Assembly (NCBI RefSeq): GCF_006345805.1
Contig: NC_043004.1
Coordinates: forward strand, 30,132,001-30,196,000
DNA length: 64,000 bases
Direction of reading: 5' to 3'
Source of the DNA: Octopus sinensis
Taxonomy: Eukaryota
Every line of letters begins with the position of its first letter. Within the stretch, counting starts at the first letter, position 1. The notes below the pieces were generated by a model. That model had not been told where the DNA came from, made no database searches, and saw only the letters and a list, made by a program, of their open reading frames with translations. Positions 53,041-64,000 of this stretch are shown piece after piece. A program made the translations under genes and the position numbers.

Positions 53041-54450
53041 ACCACCTTAGATCCTCTCCTTGAAAGACCAAATGCATAACCTCAATAAATCCATCAAAAA
53101 TGATCTATGAACTGAATATTAACTTCTCTGATCTCACCACTAAGTGAAAACCTATATTCAGTGAATATTAACCTTAGTGATCTTGCTATTATGAGAGGGC
53201 CTTTTTTAATTGTATATTAACCTCAGTCTTTCCATTTAATGAAGACTGTATTAACTGTCATTAACATTTGGTGGCCTATGCTGGTCATGGATGTTGCTCC
53301 TCTCTAATTAATATTCAAAAATATATGGAAATCTAGGTTAAAATATTCAAAATAATTCTAATTAATTTCACTTTGTATTTATAATTATCTGGAAAGATTT
53401 TCTGGAAAAAATATTTTCTTCTAAACCATGTTGATAATGAAGATAATGTTGGGGTTGATGAAGATGCAAGGGGGTTTTGGAAGAGAATATATATAAGGTG
53501 ATAGCATCATGCAGGCATTGTGTGGAGGTTGGTGCATCTATTTGTGGTCGGGTTTTGGTGCAATAGATTTTCAGTTGCATATCAGGTCGGTACAGGTGTG
53601 ACTGTCTGGTTGAGAAATATACTTTCTAATCACATGATATCAGGTCCAGTCCTGGTGTGCAGACATCTTGGACAAGTGTCTTCCACTACAGTCCCAGGCT
53701 GGCCAAAGCCTTGTAAGTGGATTTGGTAGATAGAAAGAGAAAGAAGCCCCTTGTTTGTGTGTGTGTCTATGTCTGTGTGTTTGTGCATGTGTGTGTGTGT
53801 CTGTGTGTGTGTGTGCGGGAATATGTGTGTATGTGTGTGTGTGTGAGTGCATGTGTGTGTGCATGTGTGTGTGTGGTGTTTCTGTGTGTATGTGCATGCA
53901 TGTGTGTGCATATGTGTGTGTGTGAATATCACGTAATGGTTATAAATGAGCATCGTCATTATACAAACAATGTTTGGTTCCAGTCTTCTGTGAAAGACAT
54001 ATTTGCTCATCTGGGAATATTCCCTTGTTTGGAAACAAGTCAGGCTTGGCGAAAGGAAAACCATCGGACAGAAGAAAACCTGCTTCAACAAATTCAGCCT
54101 GACCCATGCAGGCATGGGAAAGTGGACATTAAATGATGATGAAGATGATAATATAACTGTCAGGTTATTCTACAGCCCACCTCTCTCCCACCGATTCCAG
54201 CACTAGTTTATGTTCCTAACGATAGAATTAGTAGTAGTTCTCTAAAACAGTCACTGAAAGTTTAACAGGATTAGGTTGCAAATACATAAATCCACAACAA
54301 AAAATAAAATTGTTTCAGTTAAAGCATACAATTTATTTATGTATTTCCCCACAGAAAATATATTGAAAGTAGTTCACCTTCATTGATCAAACTGAAATCA
54401 TAACTGTAGATGATAAACTGGGCTAAATATCTCGTGGTATTTACTTTCAT

Positions 54451-54820
54451 CTGGTGGCGAGCTGGCAGAAATGTTAGCATGCCGGGCGAAATGCCTGGCG
54501 GTATTTCGTCTGCCGCTACGTTCTGAGTTCAAATTTCGCCGAGGTCGACTTTGACTTTCAACCTTTCGGGGTCGCCGTTTGTCTGTCCTTGTTTGTCCTC
54601 TCTATGTTTAGCCCCTTGTGTGTAGTAAAGAAATAGGTATTTTGTCTGCCGCTACGTTCTGAGTTCAAATTCCGCCGAGTTCAACTTAGCCTTTCATCCT
54701 TTCGGGGTCGATTAAATAAGCACCAGTTACACACTAGGGTCGATACAATCGACTTAATCCATTTGTCTGTCCTTGTTGTCCTCTCTGTGTTTAGCCCCTT
54801 GTGGGTAGTAAAGAAATAGG
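54451..54820 (+). mobile_element. Family A SINE head-to-tail dimer
   Basis: Two successive gtctgccgctacgttctgagttcaaat...gtagtaaagaaatagg units, flanked by a ggtat(a)ttt.ctttcatc TSD-like sequence. An antisense copy lies at 54940-55155. Confidence 0.85.
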
Positions 54821-55403
54821 TATATTTGCTTTCATCCTACTATTTTCACCACTTTCATTCAATAACATGGCAAGTTCAATCCCTGTTTGTGTTAATTACG
54901 TTTTTCATTTCCCTGGCTACTGGGTCAATGAAATAATATTGGTTTCAAATTTTGGCACAAGGTCAGTAATTTTTGGTGGGAGTGGGTAAGTTGACTATAT
55001 CGACCATAGTGCTCAACTGATACATATTCTATCGAATCTGAAAGGATGAAAGGTAAAGTCAACCTCAGCATAATTTGAATTCAAAATGCAAAGTCAGAAG
55101 AAATGCTACTAAACATTATTTCTGGTGTGATACCAATTCTGCCATTTCACCACCTTTTTATCAATAAAATATTAATAATGAAATAAATTTAAGTAAGCAA
55201 CTGGGTGTATAGATGAATGTATTTTTATGTATGTGTGTGTGACTGTGTGTGTAATGTATGCATGTATGTATTGTATGTATTTATGTCTGTCTGCCTGTCT
55301 GTCAGTCTATCTGTCACTCTAACAGCTTATCTGTCTGTCTGTGTCTATGTGTTTATTTGCCTGTCTATCTACCTACCTATTTACTTTTCTACCTGTCTAT
55401 CTG

Positions 55404-55498
<95 letters not shown>

Positions 55499-55559
55499 GT
55501 TATATCGTTAGTGATGATTTATGATGTGTAACAATATATCACAGTATCAAATATAACTG

Positions 55560-57480
55560 TATAACAAAAAGCAGTGTAACAAGAGTTACTTATAACCGTT
55601 TGCACAACAGCAATCCAATACTCCCAATGAAGAATCAATAACGAGACTAACACTCTTACGGTTCAACCACAACTGTCTACTGGCTCATCTGTTATAAGAC
55701 TCATACAGTCCACTGACAGTCATGTGTGAGGGTATCAGTTCACTCCCCGACACTATCTATCTGTAGGGGTGGGGTGTGGATGGAGAGGGGACCAACGAAG
55801 GAAGAAGGTGGGTGGGAGTGAAGAGAGGAAGTAGGTGTCAGGGCAAGAGAGGAGAGGAGAGGTGGGTAGGAGTGAAGAGAGGAATTAGGTGTGAGATGAA
55901 GAGAGGAGAGGAGGGGATTCAGATGAAGAGGGTAGGGGAGTTGAGCCCATGTGGTGCAAAGGAGCAAAGAGAGAAGATTAATTCCATGCGAAGGCAGGAG
56001 TCTGGATGGCTCCTATACAAAGACAATTTAAACACAGCTAGGGGCTGTAAGGAATGACCAGTAGAGTGGAAATAGCATGAAACCAGGGTGTCATTGCTGA
56101 GTCTAATGTTTTAGAGGTGCTCTGTGAACCAGTCAGCCAAGTGGCATCCCATTTGACTGATGTACAGAGAAGGACAGAAAGAGCAGGAGATGCAGTAAAT
56201 GATGTTGCTAGAAGTGCATGTAAAGAGGAGTCAGTGATATGACAGGGATGATGGTGGGTGCCTGTGAGGATGATGGTGTTGGAGAGGTAGGGGAAAGTAC
56301 AGCAGCATGGGTGGGAGCAGGGGAATGAGTCAGGTTGGGAGCTGGGGTTAGGAAAGAAACTGTGGATCAGGAGGTCATGTAGATTGTGGGCTCATTTGAA
56401 GGAGGGGTAGGTTGGAGAAGATGTGTGAAGTGGAGGAGTCGGAATTGGAGGCGCTGGAAGGCTCAGAGAATGGTGCATTACAGAGGCAGGGTGGAGGCGT
56501 GGTAGGTGAGGGGAAATGGGAGAGGGGTAATGGTGGGGCAGGTGCAGGGAGAGAGTGAACAGAGGAATTGGGAGTAGGGGATGGAGAGCTCGGTGTGGGT
56601 AGGGTGGGAAGAAAAGTTGAGGTATGAGTGTGTCAGTGTTTTTGTAGTGGATGGAGGTAGTGAGAGTGGAGTTGTATATGTTGGCTGAAATGTCGAGAAA
56701 GGCGACAGAAGTGTTGGAAATGGTGCAGGAGAATTCGAGGGAAGGATGGAAGGATTGGACAAAAGAGAGGAAGGAGTCTAGTTGTTCACAGGAGAGTGAG
56801 GTCACACCGATACAATCATCAATATAACGACCGTATAGTTTGGGAGTGGGACTAGTGAATCTTGAAAATATTTGGGCCTCAGGTTTGCATAGTTCGGGCC
56901 CATTCTCATTCCCATGGCCACTCTTGAGATCTGTTGGTAAAACTTCCCTACGAACAAGAAGCAATTGAGGGAGAGAGCAAGTTCGGCCAGATGAAGAGGT
57001 GTGGATGTGTCAGGTAGGAGTTTGGGTCAAAGGTCTAGGAAGTGTTTGAGGGCAACAAGTCCTTCGTAGTGTGAGATCACAGTATATAGACACTTGATAT
57101 CAAGAGTGAAGAGACGTTTAGAGGGGCCAGGAGGGAAGGAGAAAGAGTTGAAAAGACAAAGAGCATGGTTAGTGTTGTGGATGTGTGAGGGAAGGGAAGC
57201 CACTAGGGGGCAAGGACATGGTCGAGGTATTTAGAGATGAGTTCCATGGCAGTTACATGTGGAGATGATGGGCAGCCAGAGTTTGTGGATATTGGGAAGA
57301 AAGTAAATGGTGGGGTTGGAAGGAGTGTGGACATTGAGGTTGGGGGTGGAGGAAGGGAGGCTGGAGGAGGAGATGAGGTCATGGATAGTGGAGGACACCG
57401 TTTGTTAGTTGCTAGGCATAGGGTTGGAGGGCAGAGGGCAGTAGAAGGAGGTGTCTTGAAGTTGGTGGAAAGCTTCAGCC
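55560..57480 (-). mobile_element. Penelope-like element (RT plus GIY-YIG plus 3' pLTR with decayed hammerhead at ~55647-55694)
   Basis: LYGRYIDDCIG..FLSFVQSFHPSLEFSCTIS..VAFLDI..YKNTD; CTSSNIIYCISCSFCPSLYISQ..LADWFTEH; minus strand taa-CAGATGA-GCCA..TGGT-TGAA. Confidence 0.9.
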
Positions 57481-57499
57481 TTGCCACACCATCATGGCT

Positions 57500-57900
57500 C
57501 CATCCTTGTCAGCCAGTTTTATTATAATGTCTTTGCAGCATCAGAGACATTGGAGAGCCGAGAGTTCAGCCTACATTTCTAGATGTACTAGAAATGTAGT
57601 CTACTGTGTAAGGTACATAGAAGGTGGTTGTAAAGACAAGAACATGGTATACATAGATGAGACATCTAGGAGGATTGTGGAAAAACTAAATGAACATTTG
57701 AGACAATATGATGACAAAAAACAGTCTTCCATACTCTACCAACATAGAGGCAACCTGGGTCAACATGACATCAGCATTTTATTGAAGCACCCGAAGGACC
57801 CAACACTTAGGTAAATACAGGAGAAACATCATAAATGAAACATCCCCAGTACCCAGTATTAAAGAGGAAATATGCATAGTAGATAACCATACCCCTATAC
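57500..57900 (+). mobile_element. Second Penelope-family GIY-YIG fragment
   Basis: RNVVYCVRY..C....VYIDETSRRIVEKLNEHL...SSILYQH..DPTLR. Confidence 0.75.
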
Positions 57901-58069
57901 TCACAGTTTATGTATATATACAAATAGAATAGTTAACGGGTTTTTATGTAGATGTATATATATGTGTGTTTGTGCGTGTGTACATATGTATGTATTTATA
58001 TACGTATATATATGTATATATATCTATATCTATATATATATATTAATATATATATATATATATATATAT

Positions 58070-58350
58070 AGTAGAAATATGTTACAAATAGAAAATATAA
58101 AATACACGTGGAAATGTAAGGGGAAAATAAGAAAAATCAATGAAAATGTACATTGTAAATAAAAAAAAGAAAAGGCTTTTTATGAAAGGTAACGACAGAT
58201 ATATACATTTAGATGGACTGAGGTAGTAATAAAAGTCATAAAAGTCATTATTATGAGATAATTAGAAAGTCAGAAAACAAAGTATACCATGGTTTTGTTA
58301 TAAGTTATTCATTGCTTTGAATAAACACCGGCTAATGTTTACTCATATAC

Positions 58351-58405
<55 letters not shown>

Positions 58406-58697
58406 TATATATTATATATATATAGTAGAAATATGTTACAAATAGAAAATATAAAATACACGTGGAAATGTAAGGGGAAAATAAGAAAAATCAATGAAAA
58501 TGTACATTGTAAATAAAAAAAGAAAAGGCTTTTTATGAAAGGTAACGACAGATATATACATTTAGATGGACTGAGGTAGTAATAAAAGTCATAAAAGTCA
58601 TTATTATGAGATAATTAGAAAGTCAGAAAACAAAGTATACCATGGTTTTGTTATAAGTTATTCATTGCTTTGAATAAACACCGGCTAATGTTTACTC

Positions 58698-58700
<3 letters not shown>
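58070..58700 (+). repeat. Near-identical tandem duplication of ~278 bp separated by (TA)n
   Basis: 58070-58347 and 58424-58700 read essentially identical by eye. Confidence 0.9.
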
Positions 58701-58744
<44 letters not shown>

Positions 58745-59776
58745 ATATGTATATGCATATAAGTAAATGGATATGGATGTAAACAGATAGACTTATAGAT
58801 AGACATGTACATAGGTAATATGAGTAGACACGCACACATACACACATACATATGCAAATGAAGACTGAAACATATGACCATATACACACAGGCACACTAC
58901 ACACAAGGACGCATATGGAGACACACATCCGTACGTAAAAGACGCACCTACATAGTCACGAAAACCCATACACAGACGCACTCAGACATGTATACACATG
59001 GAGACAGAGGTACACACACACACACACAAACACATGAACATGAACAAACAAACACATGAATATGCAGAATACATACAAACTTATGCACATACATATATAA
59101 ATAGGAGGAATAGCCACCGATATTCTAGAAGAAAATGCCAAATCATCTTACCATGAAGAATATGTTCTGAAAAATTTTAGCAAACACCAGAGTGTATATG
59201 AGCAAGACAAATGAAAGGAGACAAAATATAGCAATTAACTCCATACGATTTCACTATCAATGATTGCTAACGTAATCATCTGTAGCTCATCAGTGAAGTC
59301 GTTACATGATACATACATACATACATATATATACACATACATACATACATATATATATGCATACATACACACATACATGCATACACACACACACACATAC
59401 ATACATACATATGTACATACATATATATATGTGTATGCGCACACATAATGACCCACACACACATGTGTGCATAAACAAACCAAAAGAACACAGCTCACAG
59501 AATAGACAGAATGAACGACTATTGAAAAGGTTGCAAGATGCAGCGAAAATTTTAGGAAATAATTAAGAAGTGAATGAGTGCAAACTGAACCGGCTTCATA
59601 TTAAGAAAAATATCTTAATATCTTCCCACTTTTTCTAGACAATCACACGGAGGAGTGGTGTTTGTCTCCATGTGAACAGTTTAAAAAATTGTTAGGCTGT
59701 TAAGATATTTTTCTTAACATGAAGCCAATGGTAGTCTTAATACACACACACACACATGCACCCATATACATCCATA

Positions 59777-59834
<58 letters not shown>

Positions 59835-59896
59835 ACTGTTTATCTATGTATCTATCTATCTATCTATCTAACTGTCTATCTATGTATGTATGTATG

Positions 59897-59966
<70 letters not shown>

Positions 59967-59970
59967 ACTG

Positions 59971-60081
<111 letters not shown>

Positions 60082-60096
60082 ATATATACTAATATC

Positions 60097-60670
60097 TAAT
60101 TATATTAAAGGGTGTGGATAAACCCCACCAACACAACTAGAAACAAATGCTAAAAGGCTCTAAAACCATGTCTACATTCCATTAGCATAGGTTGTTAGCA
60201 GGCAGATGAATGAATTTTTTTATTCTTCTACTTGGTTCAGTCATTTGACTGCGACCATGCTGGAGTACTACCTTTAAGAATAAATAAATAAGATTTTTTT
60301 AAAAACGGTTAATTGCAGATCGATTTCCGGCTTAGGTATATAAATGCAGATATTTATACATACCTATATGAGTAACATATATCTGCACAATTATATACAT
60401 GCATTTACACTATTTAAATCTAATTTGTTCATTTGGGTATGTATAAATATTTGCATTTATATACTATTTGCATGTTATACTGATGACAGGAGTTTTACAA
60501 CCCTAAGCCAGAAATTGATCTAGAATGAGCCTTAAAAAAAATTTTTTTATTCATTTATTCATCTGCCTGCTTACAACCTGTGCTACTGGAGTGTAGATAT
60601 AGTTTTTAGAGCCATTTAGCATCTATTTCTAGTGTGTAGGTGGGGTTTATCCACACCCTTTAATATAATT
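60097..60670. mobile_element. ~570-bp foldback element with a hammerhead motif
   Basis: 60097-60215 is inverted at 60550-60670 and 60280-60375 at 60425-60550. A SINE scrap lies in the left arm (60220-60275). Confidence 0.85.
60476..60524 (+). ncRNA. Hammerhead-like motif in the foldback right arm
   Basis: tata-CTGATGA-caggagttttacaaccctaagcca-GAAA-TTGA-TC-taga. The left arm preserves ccgGAAA-TCGA-TC-tgcaa (palindromic ATCGAT). Confidence 0.65.
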
Positions 60671-60765
60671 TCATTATATAATAATATATTTGTATAAATT
60701 GTTACCTGTATGGTTTTAATACATGCTGGCCACTTGATAAAATCATTAAAGTGGTTTTATCCTTT

Positions 60766-60815
<50 letters not shown>

Positions 60816-61003
60816 CCTTGTTATGGCTTAACAGCCCTTACACACGCACACATGCACGCACACACACACATATATGATGGTCTTCTTTTAGTTTCTGTCT
60901 ACCAAATCCACTCACAAGGCTTTGGTTGACCCAAGGCTATAGTTGAAGACACTTGCCCAAGATACCATGCAGTGGAACTGAACCTGGGATCATGTGGTTG
61001 GGA

Positions 61004-62051
61004 AATCCTCTACACCGATGACCTTGTTCTCATAGCTGAATTACTACTTGATATAGAGAAGAAATTTCAGGTGTGAAAAGAAGTCTGGAACCCAGCAAAA
61101 ACCGAAGTCCTAGTAAATATGAAAATAGATAAATCACAAATCCTTTCTGGGAGATGGCCCTGCATAATATATGTAAGAAGGGTGTTGGTAGAAACTCCGT
61201 CCATTGTACCCAATGCAAGCTTTGGACATATAAAATGTGCAGCAGTATCAAAGGAAGGTTAATGGAGAATGTGGTAAATGTGCAAGTACAATAAGCGCCG
61301 CAAATATGCAGACAATAGGCTCTCCTAAATGCTTCAGTGGATCATTAGAAGTAGTAGATAACTTCTGTTACCTAAGGGATAAAGTTAGCAGTGAGGGAGG
61401 GAGTTTTGAAGGTGTAGTTGCTAGGATAAAAATGGAATGGGTGAAGCTCAGAAAGCTGCCACCTTTGTTGGTCACTAAGGGCTTCTCCCTCAGAGTGAAA
61501 GGTAGATTGTATGATGCCTGTGTACGTACAGCTGTGTTATATGGCAGTGAAACATAGGCTTTTGTCTACAGAGGACTTGAGAAAGCTTGAAAGAAATGAA
61601 GCTAGCATGCTCTGCTGGATGGGCAATGTCAGTGTGCATGTGCAACAGAGTGAAAGAGTTTTAAGAGAAAGATTGGGTATAAGAAGCATCAGATGTGTGC
61701 AAGAGAGAAGACTGCACTAGTTTTGTCATGTAATGTGTATGGATGAGGACAGCTGAATAAAGAAGAGCTGAGCTCTAATTGTGGAGGATACCGGTGAAAG
61801 GGGTCAACCCAGGAAGATGTGGGACAAAGTGGTGTGAAAGAATCATCAGATGCTGGGCCTCACTGAGGAAATGACAAGGGACCAAGAGATGTGGTGATTT
61901 GCTGTACTTGATAAGACATGTCAAGCTAAGTAAAATCACTGTCATCCATACATACAGGCTTCTCCTTTCAGGTGCTGGTGCCACTTAAAAAGCACTCATG
62001 CTGGTGCAGTATTAATGCACCTATGTCAGTGCTGCATAAATGCACCTGTGT

Positions 62052-62052
<1 letters not shown>
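61004..62052 (+). mobile_element. RTE LINE 3' portion with PHD-like insert
   Basis: LYTDDLVLIA; GRWPCIICKKGVGRNSVHCTQCKLW..KMC..CGKC; LEVVDNFCYL; GRLYDACVRTAVLYGSET. Confidence 0.88.
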
Positions 62053-62098
<46 letters not shown>

Positions 62099-62175
62099 TG
62101 TTTCTCGTTTGGGGTCAGCAGTTTTAAAGGGTGGTATTAAGCCTTGCTTAGTTTTACTACAGAATATTGCATACC

Positions 62176-62408
62176 TATTTCTTTACTAACCACAAGGGGA
62201 TAAACACAGAGAGGACAAACAAGGACAAACAAACGGATTAAGTCAATTATATCGACCCCAGTGCATAAATGGTACTTAATTTATCAACCCCAAAAGGATG
62301 AAAGGCAAAGTCGACCTTGGTGGAATTTGAACCCAGAACGTAAAGACAGACGAAATACCACTAAGCATTCTGCCCAGCGTGCTAACATTTCTGCCAGTTT
62401 GCCACCTT
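62176..62408 (-). mobile_element. Family A SINE
   Basis: TSD ttgcatacc on both sides. Confidence 0.85.
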
Positions 62409-64000
62409 GCATACCATTATGTAATATATGTTGTGTGTTCACTCCTGGAAATAATACAAGAAACGCTCTTTAAAAATAACAGCAAGACTTTATTCTTCTG
62501 TTAAATAGTACAGTGGACCAAATAAAACATCACAAATTCTGGTGGCTGTATAGTTCATCCATCGTTTGGATAATTCAGTTTGGGCTGTCATTCGTTACAT
62601 GTGTTCTTTTATATCAATTTTGCTCTGGTGAATAATGGCAGGAAAATAACACAAGTCACATTCATGAAAGTTGCTCACCTCTCTCCTCATAAATGATTTG
62701 TTACACAACAATTTATAGAAGGAGAGTAGGCTCCGGAATGCATTCAGATTAGTTATTTGAGAATGCATTTCATGCAATGTGATTGGATCTTTGATCCCTA
62801 TCCCATGCAATACTCAACCAATCAAAGAACAAGACTCAACCAATGTTCAAAACTCACATGATAGGTAAGACAATCAATCATTTCAGATTAATGTGCTGAA
62901 CCTATAAAAGACTAATCATCTTCAATATGCCATGATAGAAATTGATATCACTACTTATTCACACACACACACACACGCCTACACACACACACACACACAC
63001 ATGCACATACATATATCTGTGTTCATGTGGGTGTAGGTGTGTGCAGCATGACATTACCAAATAACTGACTATGAGCATCTTTGTCATACTAGTGATGCCT
63101 TTTCTTTCCAGTCTTCCTTGAAATATGTTCTGCCATAAGGAAATATTACTTTGCTTGGAAAAGAGTGAAGGTTGGTAATAGAAAGTGCATCTAGCTATAG
63201 AAAATTTGTCTCGACAGACTCCATCTGGTTAAAATAATCATGGAAAACATGTTTAAATGATAATGATGATAATGATGATATGCATGTATGTATGTGTATG
63301 TGTATGTGTGGGTGTGTGTGGGTCTGTATGTGAGTATATGTTTATGTGTAAGTGAATGTGTGCATGTGTGTGTGCGTGCGTGTGTGTGTGTGTGCAAGTG
63401 TGTGTGTGTGCATGTGTGTGTGTACGTTTGTGTCTATGTCTTTGATACTATACTGCTGTTTGCCAAAACCAGTGCTATATCAAGAATCTAACTGAGCCAA
63501 TCAACAAATAATAATCAATAAAATAAGTAGTAGACTTTCAGTAAATACTGGGGTCGATATCACTGACTGAAACCCCTTGAAGATGGTGCCACTACATGGC
63601 CACAGTCCAAACACTGAAGCCACTAAAAGAATATGGTTCCTTTGTGAAAATTATTCTTGTGTCTAAGACACAAATCAATGACTTATCTGTTGATGTTAGT
63701 AGCGGAATCTGTTAAAGTGATCTTGTAAATATTTGTGAGAATTTATTGATATAATTAAACTAGGTTATCTCTTTATCTACAATACTGCTGCTGCTGCTGT
63801 TTCTGTTGCTACTGCTGCTGCTTTTGTTGCCAGATGAAGATTCTTGAACAAAGGTTTTACATTCAGTAGTAATGAATTAAATAGATTAGATTGATTACAT
63901 TGGAACTTAGTGATCACTGACGCTTACATATGAATGCGTGTGTGTGTGTGTGTGTGTGTATTTGTGTTATTAGGTGTGTATGTCATTGGATGTGTATGTG

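Noticed and set aside
63783-63830. (CTG)n as a coding polyQ/polyA exon
   Set aside because: Short, with no supporting ORF or splice context.

Overview
AT-rich, microsatellite-dense animal genomic DNA. The SINE, RTE and microsatellite content suggests an octopus (coleoid cephalopod) genome; this is my inference. I found no intact host gene. Nearly all ORFs in the track are translated microsatellites or decayed transposons. Recognisable elements are Penelope-like elements (RT, GIY-YIG), a Gypsy RT/integrase remnant, RTE, CR1-like, R4/Dong-like and Hero-like LINE pieces, two Helitron PIF1-helicase remnants with CTAG 3' ends, a stacked non-autonomous Helitron, mariner remnants, TTAA MITEs, many tRNA-derived SINEs (several with clear TSDs) and a 30-bp minisatellite. 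Two signals are missing from the ORF track. (1) A fragmented minus-strand fossil at about 1-5750 resembles a negative-strand RNA virus L polymerase (KAEIKTAGRLF motif) and is split by later insertions. (2) About ten mostly decayed minimal hammerhead-ribozyme motifs occur, several in foldback elements with outward-facing ribozymes and one downstream of a tRNA-like Pol III promoter. All calls were made by eye; boundaries are approximate and no database searches were run.
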